IMG/VR virus record: IMGVR_UViG_3300012984_000010
From: a virus
Lineage: Duplodnaviria > Caudoviricetes
DNA length: 64,000 bases
Direction: 5' to 3' (one strand)
Shown here: positions 36,078 to 46,516 of the stretch, one piece after another
How the letters are laid out: every line of letters begins with the position of its first letter
Position numbering within the stretch: the stretch's first letter is position 1
Position numbers and translations under genes: made by a program
Notes under the pieces: generated by a model
What the model was told of the DNA's origin: nothing
The model's database searches: none
Seen by the model: only the letters and a program-made list of their open reading frames with translations

Positions 36078-36779
36078 TTGTTCGGGTTCGAGGCAGTCTT
36101 ACACCGTAAGGGAGGCCATCACAAAAAGTCCTTTTGCACCCGCTATAAGGAGATGCCCCATTTCCCAGCAGAAATTCATCAGAATTTGAGAACAGCTTCT
36201 ACAGCTGCACTGAAAAAACGTGCTCAGAAGAGATTCTCGACCAGTATCTGCAGTCCTGAATGGAACCACTTCATCGAGGAATGGGCCCCTAAGTGCTACA
36301 ATTTCGTCGCTCAAGCGCTGGGACCGTACCAACAAGAGCCCATGCAGGAGATCCTTGCCATCCATGATGGGGCTCACTCGGGCGGGGCCAATGCTTCATT
36401 CCAGCCCGACAATGGACAGGTTCGGCTCAGCCCATCTATTGTTGAAGGCAAGCCAGGGACGACGCTTGAGAAGCTGACACACGAGTTCATGCACGCCTCT
36501 TTGGCTGGCTTCCCTGAAGGGGATCCGTTCACCGAGGAGGGTGCGGTCGACTACTCGGTATGGGTTATGGCTCACGCCCCCTTCTGGGGACAATACCAAC
36601 AAGAAATGATCGATGCAGCGGCCTACAACATTGAGTGTCGCCGAGATCGAGCGATGAAGGATCTGTCGGAGTACGATCGTAAGCGTTGGGCGGGAGGCTT
36701 GTTCTACAGTTTGGCGTATGGTCCGTGGATTGTGACTCGACTCAAGCTACGCAAAGCAGAAGGTAACTTCACTTGGTGA
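36078..36779 (+). CDS. Zincin-like metallopeptidase (HExxH)
   Basis: LTHEFMHASL...EEG; start uncertain. Confidence 0.65.
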   Translation: MFGFEAVLHRKGGHHKKSFCTRYKEMPHFPAEIHQNLRTASTAALKKRAQKRFSTSICSPEWNHFIEEWAPKCYNFVAQALGPYQQEPMQEILAIHDGAHSGGANASFQPDNGQVRLSPSIVEGKPGTTLEKLTHEFMHASLAGFPEGDPFTEEGAVDYSVWVMAHAPFWGQYQQEMIDAAAYNIECRRDRAMKDLSEYDRKRWAGGLFYSLAYGPWIVTRLKLRKAEGNFTW

Positions 36780-36780
36780 A

Positions 36781-37833
36781 TCAAGGTAACGGTCTTGGTT
36801 CCCAACCTACCAGTTGACGTTCACAGGTCTTCAACATGAACTCCAGATTTGACAACAGGGCTTCGGTCTGACCTATTGCCAGTTTCAGGACCTTTTCCCA
36901 ATTAGTGTCACCAGGCGAGTAAGCTTTACCTCGCTGATCGTAGACCACCAATACTTGACCCGATTTCAAGTCTTTGAGGTGGTCCTCCTGATTCGCGATT
37001 TTCTTTTTCAAGTCCGAGACAAAAGCGTCAGCCCCCTCACGAGAAAGCTCAAACGGTGGCCAACCTTGGCCGAAGCAGTTGCCATAGATGGTTCCTGTGC
37101 CAGGTCGCTTGTAACCATGAAGCACCATCCCTGGTCTGGATTTGTCGTGCCCGTGATTACTCCGAGGAACTAGTTTGAAACCACCGAAGCAACATGGGCA
37201 GGTGCCCATATTTTCGGTCATTCTATTCTTCAGGTTCTCCTTGACCTTACGAGCCTTCTCAACCTCTAAAGGCTCCACTCCTAGCTTCTCGTCGACCTGA
37301 GACAGATAGGGTGTCTCAGTCCTAAGCCACTTGATCAGCTCCCCTTGAGGGTAGGATCTGAGGAAAGCATCGTGATCTAGAGTTGTCTGATAGACCTTAT
37401 GGTTGGGAGCTGTGATCCGCACACCAGGAACAGCTTGCCAAGCGAAAGCTTGAAAGTAGGGCTTCCCACTAGGATTCTCAAGGATGGGGCCAATATCCTG
37501 ATAGTATGTTTTGTACTTCTGTAGATTGGTTGGGAGAGAGGTGTGTTCATCAGCCTTGGCTTTCTCCCACATAGCCTCTACGGTCGCCTTAGAGTCAGCC
37601 GAATAGGTTTTCTTTTCTGGTTTGCCGGCATCTTCCCAATGCTCTGGCCGCAGAGTCAGGACCTCTTCGAGCTTGTACCCTCCCAGGTAATCCATAACCT
37701 GAACTAATTCAGGCATTTTCATACCGCTTGAATTACCTTTGCGGATCTTGAGCAGCAAGGCCTGCATCTTTTCCGGCTTCATGGGCCTAGAGGCAGCGTA
37801 CCTGAGGGCTACTCTTGTGGCTTGTTCCGACAT
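36781..37833 (-). CDS. Hypothetical protein with N-terminal RVALRY motif
   Basis: 350-aa ORF; CPCC...HGY zinc-binding-like segment. Confidence 0.7.
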   Translation of the reverse strand: MSEQATRVALRYAASRPMKPEKMQALLLKIRKGNSSGMKMPELVQVMDYLGGYKLEEVLTLRPEHWEDAGKPEKKTYSADSKATVEAMWEKAKADEHTSLPTNLQKYKTYYQDIGPILENPSGKPYFQAFAWQAVPGVRITAPNHKVYQTTLDHDAFLRSYPQGELIKWLRTETPYLSQVDEKLGVEPLEVEKARKVKENLKNRMTENMGTCPCCFGGFKLVPRSNHGHDKSRPGMVLHGYKRPGTGTIYGNCFGQGWPPFELSREGADAFVSDLKKKIANQEDHLKDLKSGQVLVVYDQRGKAYSPGDTNWEKVLKLAIGQTEALLSNLEFMLKTCERQLVGWEPRPLP

Positions 37834-37859
37834 ATCGAAACAGGCAGCCCAAAAGGACT

Positions 37860-38357
37860 TTATAGGCTCATCGCCAAATCGAACAGGGACCGTTCGTCCT
37901 CAACCCTTAGGCTGGATACAGGCACTTCCCCAATCACATTCTCATATCCCATCAGATAAGCCCGCCATTCCTTGGAATAGAACCCCAAGCTGGGAACACC
38001 TAGATACTGAGTCGAGTTCCACATCCGCACATTACAGGGACAGGCTTGCACCAGGCAATTGATTCTATCCTGGCTGACCGGAACCCCAAGAATCATGACT
38101 ATGGGGGATTCTCTCTCCGATCTGCCGGCAGGCGTCACCTCCACGTACTCGGCCGGTTCTGCCTTGAGTAGTTTGAGGACCGAGGTCAAAGCTGTGATCG
38201 AGCCTTTAAATCGGGGGAACTGCTTCCCCTTACAGGCCACGAACCAAATCTTATCCGAAGCAATCCCCCAAGCTGTGCCTTGAGGGTCAATGACGGTGAA
38301 GGGTTGATTGAACACAGGATCCTCCGATCCTACGAATCTAAAAAGAGAGTCAGTCAT
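37860..38357 (-). CDS. Hypothetical protein
   Basis: ORF; start placed at ATG overlapping the methyltransferase stop. Confidence 0.55.
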   Translation of the reverse strand: MTDSLFRFVGSEDPVFNQPFTVIDPQGTAWGIASDKIWFVACKGKQFPRFKGSITALTSVLKLLKAEPAEYVEVTPAGRSERESPIVMILGVPVSQDRINCLVQACPCNVRMWNSTQYLGVPSLGFYSKEWRAYLMGYENVIGEVPVSSLRVEDERSLFDLAMSL

Positions 38358-39624
38358 TCGACATAGCCAGATCAAAGAGATCTTTTTCAGCGTGCGCTTC
38401 AGCATGGTCTGCCCGCACCAGCTCAACCCGCTTGAGGGAGGTCTCATAAGATGGTCGATACCGTTCAATTCCAGTGAAGCTGCAACCTTCCTCAATAGCG
38501 GCATGCAAAGTAGAACCACTGCCACAATAAGGGTCCAGGGTCAGGCCTCCCTTGGGAGTCACCATCCGGACCAACCACCGCATGACCGCCAGCGGTTTCT
38601 TGGTGTTATGTTGGTTCTCGATCCGCCCATCAAGGGTCGCCTCTTTGGTGGAGGTCTTGGGGCAATACATGAACGGTACAGGGAAGACGTTGAAGTACCG
38701 GATCGTGTTGGCCTTCTGGTCTTCCAGCTCAGCTACAGGGCAGCCCAACGCCCCATTGGCATCAACGAACACCAGGTTGGCTGGAACTCGTCCCAATGGA
38801 TGACACACAATCCCATTGCCTGGAGGAGCAGCGATCTTCTTCGCGTCAGGCTTGTGGGTGTTGCCGCTACGCTTCCAGCCGTCAGAACGATCTGGTTCCT
38901 GCCAATCCGTGTAGACACGGCAGCCGTCGATATTGATACCCCCACAACCCCATTTCCTGATGTTCTCCACCACTGTTCCATCCAATGGTTTGCGGAACAT
39001 CATGACAGGCTCCCAAGCGGGCTTGAGATTGGTGTGCCAGCCATCCCACTGTTTGGCTTCCTCGGAAGCAGGAGCAGTGATGGTCAGTTCACCCGTAGGA
39101 CTGTTAGGCGCTCCCGTCGTGTAGGTGCCACCTTTGAGCTTGGTGGACGTCATCGCATTCCCACCGGCCTTGTAGCGATGAATCACCTCACGCTCTAATC
39201 CTAACTCCTTGTCGATCTGCTTCGAGATGTTGAGACCATGGTTCATCCCCATCCCTTGGATCCATTGTAGGGCAGGGTATTCCTCCGACAGGGTGTCCCG
39301 TAGTTCAAAGCCCGCCATTCTGATCCCCATTGAGATCAAGTCCCATGTGCGGGTCCCACCAAAGCTCAGCAGATACCCACCTGGACGAAGGACTCGATAG
39401 GCTTCTTTCCAGACCGCCACTGACGGGATATCCCAATCTGCCTTCATGAAGTCACCCGTCTTCAATGCGGCACCCCCCAAGAAGGCAAGTATTTCTTCAG
39501 GGGTCGGGTCCTTATCACCTAGACCGTACGGTACATCGGTAACAATCGAGTGGTAGGTATTGTCTGGTATTTGTTTGAGTATTTCGAGACAATCACCCAA
39601 CAGAACTTGATTCTCAAACTCCAT
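38350..39624 (-). CDS. N6A/N4C DNA methyltransferase (beta class)
   Basis: Catalytic VTDVPYG (DPPY variant) precedes SAM-binding LDPYCGSGST; HNTKKP. Confidence 0.92.
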   Translation of the reverse strand: MEFENQVLLGDCLEILKQIPDNTYHSIVTDVPYGLGDKDPTPEEILAFLGGAALKTGDFMKADWDIPSVAVWKEAYRVLRPGGYLLSFGGTRTWDLISMGIRMAGFELRDTLSEEYPALQWIQGMGMNHGLNISKQIDKELGLEREVIHRYKAGGNAMTSTKLKGGTYTTGAPNSPTGELTITAPASEEAKQWDGWHTNLKPAWEPVMMFRKPLDGTVVENIRKWGCGGINIDGCRVYTDWQEPDRSDGWKRSGNTHKPDAKKIAAPPGNGIVCHPLGRVPANLVFVDANGALGCPVAELEDQKANTIRYFNVFPVPFMYCPKTSTKEATLDGRIENQHNTKKPLAVMRWLVRMVTPKGGLTLDPYCGSGSTLHAAIEEGCSFTGIERYRPSYETSLKRVELVRADHAEAHAEKDLFDLAMSND

Positions 39625-39855
39625 GATTGGAGCCTATACACCAGGTTTTGGCCAAACGCCGTATTCTGTAGCCATCTTTGGCTGTGCCGCCATGAAGGCC
39701 TCCGCACAAGGCAAACAGGGGTGCTGCCAGTAACCATTGAAATCAAGCTTACCAGAGCCGAACGTCAACTCTTCAGCAATACCACTGCTGACCCCACATT
39801 CAAGATTTCCGCATGCTTTAGGTCTGCGCTTGGACATCACCGTCCTAACACCAGA

Positions 39856-40341
39856 TCAATCGTATTCCCCACTCAGTGCCCTGTGTAGGTTTCCGATCGC
39901 ATCCTCAATCGACTTGGCGAAGGCCCAGCTCTCCTCAGCTTGGCGAAGCTTGCCGGCTGTGAAATCAGCCGAGCCTTTGTGATGACGGAACCGATTGTAG
40001 TTCCAATCATCCATCGCCTTCCCCAGCAATTTGGCCGCATCGGCCGCGTCAGTCCCATGGGGAGTACTTACCCGCTTGAGTATCCGATCAGCGTGCTTGT
40101 AGGCCGCCTCACCCTGTTCAAAGATCTTGTCGTAGGCAGTATTGAAGCGCCGCTTGGCAGTCTGGTCGGCATTGTCGACCTTCGACTTGAGCTGCTTCAT
40201 ACCCTCAAAAGTTTTGGTCAGCTGTTTCTCACGTGACTGGGATCGTGCCAAATCTGGGCCGATCCCAGTTTGAGCAGCAAAGCGGTCCACTACTCTTCTA
40301 GAGGCTTTTAGCTGACGGTACCGTCGGACCAGATTTTTCAC
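39856..40341 (-). CDS. Hypothetical helical protein
   Basis: 161-aa ORF with RRVVDRFAA motif. Confidence 0.6.
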   Translation of the reverse strand: MKNLVRRYRQLKASRRVVDRFAAQTGIGPDLARSQSREKQLTKTFEGMKQLKSKVDNADQTAKRRFNTAYDKIFEQGEAAYKHADRILKRVSTPHGTDAADAAKLLGKAMDDWNYNRFRHHKGSADFTAGKLRQAEESWAFAKSIEDAIGNLHRALSGEYD

Positions 40342-41129
40342 GCAGCATCTCTCAAGTACTTCTGGAGCACTTTCTTGACGCCTGGGATGATGACCGCCTC
40401 AAGTTGATTCACACGAGGAGCCGACACTCCCCACTGGGTCGCAATATCCGAGCCCTTCAATCCTTCCAGCTTGGCCTCAAACCATTCGACCGCCTTGGGG
40501 TGCACTTTCTGAATATCGTCCATGATCCGACCCATCTCCGAATGAGGCAACATATTGTCCAGATGGCGGAATGAGCTGGGATCTGCCAGGTCTATCTGAT
40601 CTCCCATATCATCGGTCAACGAGTTCGGATTACCACGACTCTTCTGCTCACGCTTGATGTCGATCAAGACTCGAAGGGCCGACTGGAACATCATCGATTC
40701 CGATTGCTTGAGATCGTAACCTTCCTTGAAGGTTAGCTTGTGGCGAGCGATGTTCATCATCAACCTACTCAATACTTCCTCAGTAGTGTCCAGGTTGCGA
40801 GTCTTGCTAAGCAGGAAAGCATAGATCTTTTTGCCAAATTCATGCCCATACCCCTTGGGGAGACGATCAGGACCCTTGGGACCTTGGATCTTGTCTTTCC
40901 AAGTCTCGGCCGGTTCCCCATTGATGGGGGGCATGCCCGTCACTCCAGCTTTGATCATCTCAGCGTACACGAGACGTCCAAAGACATCGATGTACGCTGA
41001 AGCAAGCTTGAGGACGACGGTCGCTACCCTGTAACCCCAGGGTAGCGAGGCGTAGATACGACGGCTTAATTGCTGGGCTCTGGCCAGTACGGGGGAGTGC
41101 ATGGGAAGACCTCGAAAAGGTCTTCCCAT
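40338..41129 (-). CDS. Sigma-70/ECF-like protein
   Basis: C-terminal region-4-like HTH GLKGSDIATQWGVSAPRVNQL. Confidence 0.65.
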   Translation of the reverse strand: MGRPFRGLPMHSPVLARAQQLSRRIYASLPWGYRVATVVLKLASAYIDVFGRLVYAEMIKAGVTGMPPINGEPAETWKDKIQGPKGPDRLPKGYGHEFGKKIYAFLLSKTRNLDTTEEVLSRLMMNIARHKLTFKEGYDLKQSESMMFQSALRVLIDIKREQKSRGNPNSLTDDMGDQIDLADPSSFRHLDNMLPHSEMGRIMDDIQKVHPKAVEWFEAKLEGLKGSDIATQWGVSAPRVNQLEAVIIPGVKKVLQKYLRDAA

Positions 41130-41136
41130 AGAACAA

Positions 41137-42720
41137 TTAGTGGCGGGCCCGCACCTGCTGCTTGGTTTTGGTAACGCTTTCCAAGGCTTCCCTCAGCGTC
41201 ATCCCTTTCTTGGTATTGGCAATCACTTGGTCCAAAACCGCCATCCCAAGTTCCGAGGTTACGTCCAACCCATGACGGCGGATCTCGCTAACCAGGTCAC
41301 ACATGGCTTCCATGGGCATTTCCGAAAGGTCGGCCACACTGTCCTCCCAGGACCCAGATTCCTCCAACACAGCCGCTTTCGTGTAGACCCCCGAACTATC
41401 GGCCGCCAACAAGGTGCTACCATCCAAACCACGCTCCTTGTGTTTTCGGCCTCGGTACCGAAGGATGTTCTTGAAATGGTTCTTGACTGCTCGGGTCAAG
41501 TAGGTCTTAAAGCCACGTTCTGTTGCCTCTGGCCTACAGCGATCGAGGTCTCTGACCTCTGGTAGCAGACCACTAATGTCAAGAGTTTGGAGCTGGGCCG
41601 TGCTGTAGAGTGAAGCCTCATCCATCTCAACGCCTTGGACCGGCTTCAAAGCGAAAGGGGCGGCCAAGACAGCGGCTTGGAAGTCCTGATGGGTGACACC
41701 CAAGAAGCGGAGTGCTTGGGGGTAGGTCATTGTTGAAGGCAATTTGGAAAGGGCCGTGGAGGCAAACTTTTCCAGTACCTTCGCATTCATAAGTTTGAGC
41801 CAGATCTCCTGACAAACGTCATCCAATTCGTCAGAGGTCTTGATCGGCGAGATCCTCTTTACCTGATCAAACAGGTAGGCACCGTACTGGCTCGTCATCC
41901 CTTCGAATGTTCGAGGCAGACCTCGGGGCCACGCTTCCTGCTTCTCTGGGACGATTGCAGGCTGAGGGATCGGCCTCTCCACAACCTCCAGCTTTTCTAC
42001 CATCTGGGGAACCACTGTGACGACGGGCTTGGCCACCTCCTTGGTGGCTTTCAGACCGGCAAGGACCTTGCAGACGTGCTTCTTAAAGGCTTGCGTACGT
42101 CGAGCACACGTAGGCTTTCGAACCAACGCTACTTGAGCCCAATCCATCCTCAACGCAATTTCGAAAATGCTGGGTCCGAATAGGTAGACATCTTCAGAGA
42201 AAAGGTCGTCCCCACCACTCACCACCCATGGCACCAAACTGCTGGCTTGATTGGTCCAGGGAGTAGTTCGGCGTTCACCGTAGCGAGGAGCGTCAATACC
42301 GCCCCATGGCAGATTGCCACCAGCAGCCTTCAAGACGGCCTTCAGGACCTTCTTCCAGCCCGTCAGGTCGGTTCCCAGGGCATTACATACTTCCTTCTGA
42401 GACATGTCGTTCGGCATCGTCTTATCGACGGCGAATCGCTGGATAACGTCCCGTTTCTTCAACTCAAAAATGACGGCCGAGTTAGGTACGCCAAGTCGCT
42501 TGGCGGTTGCCTGAATGTCTTTTCGAAACATCGACCACAGGCCTCGATAGTCAGCAGGCAAGCCTACATGAGCCCTGGGCCCCGTAGCAATCTGCCACTC
42601 ATCGCACAATGTGCGTGACGCAGATGCACTGGTGTTTTGTACCTGTGTCAGCAATAAACCCCTTGTATTCTCACAATTCGCTTTTGGCGCATTAGTTGCA
42701 AAACCAGTAGTCCTACGCAT
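41137..42720 (-). CDS. Large sigma-region-2-like protein
   Basis: DELDDVCQEIWLKL and FKTYLTRAVKNHFKNILRY separated by an insertion; start uncertain. Confidence 0.6.
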   Translation of the reverse strand: MRRTTGFATNAPKANCENTRGLLLTQVQNTSASASRTLCDEWQIATGPRAHVGLPADYRGLWSMFRKDIQATAKRLGVPNSAVIFELKKRDVIQRFAVDKTMPNDMSQKEVCNALGTDLTGWKKVLKAVLKAAGGNLPWGGIDAPRYGERRTTPWTNQASSLVPWVVSGGDDLFSEDVYLFGPSIFEIALRMDWAQVALVRKPTCARRTQAFKKHVCKVLAGLKATKEVAKPVVTVVPQMVEKLEVVERPIPQPAIVPEKQEAWPRGLPRTFEGMTSQYGAYLFDQVKRISPIKTSDELDDVCQEIWLKLMNAKVLEKFASTALSKLPSTMTYPQALRFLGVTHQDFQAAVLAAPFALKPVQGVEMDEASLYSTAQLQTLDISGLLPEVRDLDRCRPEATERGFKTYLTRAVKNHFKNILRYRGRKHKERGLDGSTLLAADSSGVYTKAAVLEESGSWEDSVADLSEMPMEAMCDLVSEIRRHGLDVTSELGMAVLDQVIANTKKGMTLREALESVTKTKQQVRARH

Positions 42721-42874
42721 CGACCCTCGATTTCATTTGATGTTGGACCCAACGGCCATGGGTCCGTGAGACTTAAGACCTACCTGACATCCCCCGGAGA
42801 CACAAAAATGTCGCGAAGAAGGTAGCATCGGTCCTACTGAACGGATTGGAGCGAGTCAAGAACGAAAAATAAGT

Positions 42875-43489
42875 GTGAAGGATTCGACACCTTCACCTCA
42901 AGCGGCCGATTGGTTGACCAACAACCAATCAAGCCCTATATTCATGTGTAATATCAGACAGATCAGACCAATGATTGAAGCTAACCTCAGAACTTCGGTG
43001 CCCCAAATTGGGAAGAGCCGAAAGGCCATCGATCTCGCCACCCTCTATTTGGAAAATCCCGAGCCAAAGCTTCGTCAAGAAGCCCTGTTCTGGATCACCA
43101 GATCGTACGAGAAGCAACGAGACCCAATCATTCGTCTGGCCCATCAACAGGTACTGGGCTTGCCCTTGACGGCTGCGAAGCTTTCCGTAGAGGGCCCCTC
43201 TGTTGCTCGTCGGTTCACCTATTTGGCTCAAGCTTGGATGGCTTGGATCAACGGTGAGGATCCCCTCATCAGCTTGGAAGCTGCTCCTAAGAAGCCTGAG
43301 GAGTTTGGAGGAGCTCTTCAATGGATGAGCCTTGATCCCTGGGAACAAGCCATCCGAGCTTTGGTTGACCAAAATACCGTTGAGGCCAAGCGTTTCTTCC
43401 GACGATCCATTCAGCTCGGAACCCAATGTCAAACTGACGGTAACCATGCCATTAGATGGACCTATGTTGCATCTTTCTTCCATTCCTGA
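42875..43489 (+). CDS. Hypothetical protein
   Basis: 204-aa ORF. Confidence 0.55.
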   Translation: MKDSTPSPQAADWLTNNQSSPIFMCNIRQIRPMIEANLRTSVPQIGKSRKAIDLATLYLENPEPKLRQEALFWITRSYEKQRDPIIRLAHQQVLGLPLTAAKLSVEGPSVARRFTYLAQAWMAWINGEDPLISLEAAPKKPEEFGGALQWMSLDPWEQAIRALVDQNTVEAKRFFRRSIQLGTQCQTDGNHAIRWTYVASFFHS

Positions 43490-44199
43490 CCCAAACCTCA
43501 GGTGAGGCTCCGCTCTCTTCAAGAAGCATCGATCTTTCGACGATCCTTCCACCCAACATACTGCTAAACCCGAAGGGTTCATCGTATTAGCTGCTTGACC
43601 ATCATCACTTGCTGCTCTTCCTACTGCTGTTGCTCTATCTGGAGTATTTGGAGGACTTGTTGTAAAAGTAGCTAGAATGATACCTATCAAATGTGTTGTA
43701 AGTAGGTTGAAAGATTGAGGTTTGTTGAGTTTGATGATGGGTTCTCAGACTTCGAAGAGGTCTCAAGATCCAGTGTAGAGAGAAATGGATCTTGTTTGCA
43801 AGAGATGAGGACCGAAGGTCCTTGGATCACTCCTGTTAGGTCTTCTACTTGGCCTTCAGAAGAAAGAGAGACATCCGTCATCTCTCGATGCTTCCTAGCT
43901 AGGGGGTCTGTTTGAATCAGTGACTCCGACTGACAAACATTTTGACTGGGCCCTAGGTCGAGCGATCCTTCCTCATTGGAAAATGAGAGAAGGTCTGAGC
44001 ACTTGGTTTTTGTTGTCACAGGAGAAGACAGCTTCGGAGTAAGCTGCTCCTGTCCTTCCGAAGAAGACACAGAACCTGGTAACTGTGGTGAAAAGTGATT
44101 CATCCTAATTCCGGCCAACCGGTTGGCTAGTCGGAATTTTTAGCTATACATCAGGTGAGGCAGGGTTGCCAAGGCCTTTTAGCAAACAGGTGAGACAAA

Positions 44200-44520
44200 A
44201 TGCTCAGTGTGTTGAAAATTGACGATGTTCACGGAGAACCGAAGGTAAGACTGGAGCTCCCTAGTCTTCTCAGGAAGGGTGATCCGATCGCTCTCCGGTT
44301 TAGACTTGAGAGAGCAAATGGTGGTCGGCATGAGGTGCTCAACGTGAACGGACGCTTCCGCGTCACAGCTGTTGGCCTCGATGCTAGCTTCACGCCACAC
44401 AGGCAGCTCCTGACTGTTGAAGCGTTGGAGGTGGCGCCCATCTGGGTGGCGGTCAAAAAGTCCTCTACGGTGCCTCGTAGGCTCGCCCCAGCGGTCTCGC
44501 CGCGTACCCCTGTCCGTTAA
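44200..44520 (+). CDS. Hypothetical beta-rich protein
   Basis: 106-aa ORF. Confidence 0.5.
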   Translation: MLSVLKIDDVHGEPKVRLELPSLLRKGDPIALRFRLERANGGRHEVLNVNGRFRVTAVGLDASFTPHRQLLTVEALEVAPIWVAVKKSSTVPRRLAPAVSPRTPVR

Positions 44521-44849
44521 AGACCCAACGCTGCTGCGGCTTCGATCGCTTCCGAGAGAACTTCTTCAAAAGAGGTCTCTAGCTCGGAGAACGGGATGCC
44601 CAGGCTGAGCCGTGCACCTACCAACAAGCGTCCCACCTCTGGCTCCGAATATGCTGCAAGCAGACTTTTGTGGCTGATGTGCGTCTTACGGAGCAGTTGT
44701 TCGATCGGACCCATCTTGCGAGCTTTGAACTGTCGCATCAACGCCGCTTCATCTGCAGCCCAAGTGCTTGGGTCCCCCAGTTCGGTCAACGCCTCTTGTC
44801 GCGTGATCCGTCGTCCGGTCATCTTCTGCTTGCGGAAACTGTTGGTCAT
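44517..44849 (-). CDS. Hypothetical protein
   Basis: 110-aa ORF. Confidence 0.5.
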   Translation of the reverse strand: MTNSFRKQKMTGRRITRQEALTELGDPSTWAADEAALMRQFKARKMGPIEQLLRKTHISHKSLLAAYSEPEVGRLLVGARLSLGIPFSELETSFEEVLSEAIEAAAALGL

Positions 44850-45431
44850 CGATCAGCCCTCACTCGTCAATGGTCGTCTGTGCCACCACGATCGCTTTTA
44901 CGGCGTCTTCAACGGTTGGGTTAAGTGATAGGCCGTCGACGTTCTCACGGGTCGTGCGGGGGCAGCTGGGTGCGTAGCCAACAACCTCCGCCCTTGGCAT
45001 CAGTCAGGCCCGCTCTGTACAGGTCTAGCTCTCGCTGTCCTTGTCGTTTACCCGCCAACCAACCGATGCTGATCCCTAACAGGAAAAACACGACGGCTCC
45101 AAGGGCTGAAAGGACAGGCAACATTCACCAGTCCTTTACACCGAATACTCAACCTGGTACTTAACCATCCAACTTCCTATCCGTTAGGGAAGAGGATGGC
45201 GAACCAGAAACTAAAAACTGAGATGAAGGGTCAAACCAGTCGCTGGTGTTGTCGGGCGGAAGCCAAGAAGGCTTCGAAGAAAGCTCGACGCATGAACGAC
45301 AAGCAGGCCGTCAGTTGGTCCAATTCTTGAATGTCTCGGTCAGCTGATCGCCCTGATAGGTTTCCAGCTGACCGCACCAGCGATGTTGTTTGGTGAAACA
45401 GTCCAGATCTTCCTCTGAACCTATTTCCTCT

Positions 45432-45869
45432 TCAGCTGCATGCTTGGGGCACCGAAGTTTGATCGGCTGATCCTTCGACTCGCTCATATCGGTTAAACCT
45501 TGCCAGTTGGATGGATCGCCCATCGTCGGTTTTGACGAGACCGTCTTCAACAGCAAGTACAATAAAAGAGGCTTTACGCCGAGGGTCTTTGGGCCGCCAG
45601 GTTTCTCCCACTGCTGGCGTCAGGCCTCCTTCCTGAACCTCTTGAGCTTCACTCTTTTGGTGAAGTTTTTTCAGCCGGAACGGATTTTCACTAGTAACCT
45701 CGTATTTGGTACCGGTTACGTTGAACCTGGTGCCAACCCTAGTTGAGATCCGTTTAAGAACGTCTTCATCGCTATCTAGCGCCCCAACCCTAACGACCGC
45801 CATGTGGCGGGTACCGTCCGGAAGTCTAACGCCAATTGTTTCTTCAAAGCCTTGATTCTGTGTCTGCAT
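45432..45869 (-). CDS. Hypothetical protein
   Basis: 145-aa ORF. Confidence 0.55.
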   Translation of the reverse strand: MQTQNQGFEETIGVRLPDGTRHMAVVRVGALDSDEDVLKRISTRVGTRFNVTGTKYEVTSENPFRLKKLHQKSEAQEVQEGGLTPAVGETWRPKDPRRKASFIVLAVEDGLVKTDDGRSIQLARFNRYERVEGSADQTSVPQACS

Positions 45870-46132
45870 TGCGGCGCAGCATAGACACCACCTACGCAGA
45901 AGTCGAGCGTTTGCTCAGGGGTAGTAGATTTTTGAGAACCCACTCGTAGTAGTTGCTGAAACCTATGGTGCCAAAGCGACGGACGTCGTGTAGTTCTTTG
46001 GCTTCCCCACACAACCGTTCGAAATTCTGGTCAGCCTCAGCAGAGCTGACTATTTCGCCTGGGTTCATCACTCCTGTAGGGGTCTCAGCCTTCATGGTAC
46101 ATCTAACGGATCTAACTCAAGTGAGTTAAGAG

Positions 46133-46516
46133 TTACACCGGAGGGGTTGCACGAACAATCTCGTGTCTGGTGACGTCTAGCTCTGGCGTGATGGCGTATA
46201 GGTAGGTGCCCGTGTTGTTGATGGGATCTAGATAGTCGGAGGCGTTGAAGGCGGACCGCCACACAGCGTGGCCGAACGAATTACCTGAGTAGACGAAGTA
46301 GGTCTTCCCATTCTTCTTGGCTGCATAAGCGGCAGCGATCGTCGCACTCTGAAGGTCTCCTTGGCTCTTGGCCGTCAGCTTGATTCGCTTGAGGCCTTCA
46401 GACGCCTTGAGTTCAGGGTGGGCGGGACCCAATGTAAGTTTGGTCCTTGCGGTTCTGTCGTAGGGCCGATCTTGACTAGCCGTCCAATCATAGGAGTACT
46501 TGTCAGTGGTAGTCAT
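46133..46516 (-). CDS. Hypothetical protein
   Basis: 127-aa ORF. Confidence 0.55.
   Translation of the reverse strand: MTTTDKYSYDWTASQDRPYDRTARTKLTLGPAHPELKASEGLKRIKLTAKSQGDLQSATIAAAYAAKKNGKTYFVYSGNSFGHAVWRSAFNASDYLDPINNTGTYLYAITPELDVTRHEIVRATPPV

Noticed and set aside
42929-44118. Ser-rich minus-strand ORFs 43687-44118 and 42929-43690
   Set aside because: Low complexity, no motifs, and one overlaps a better plus-strand gene; coding status unresolved.
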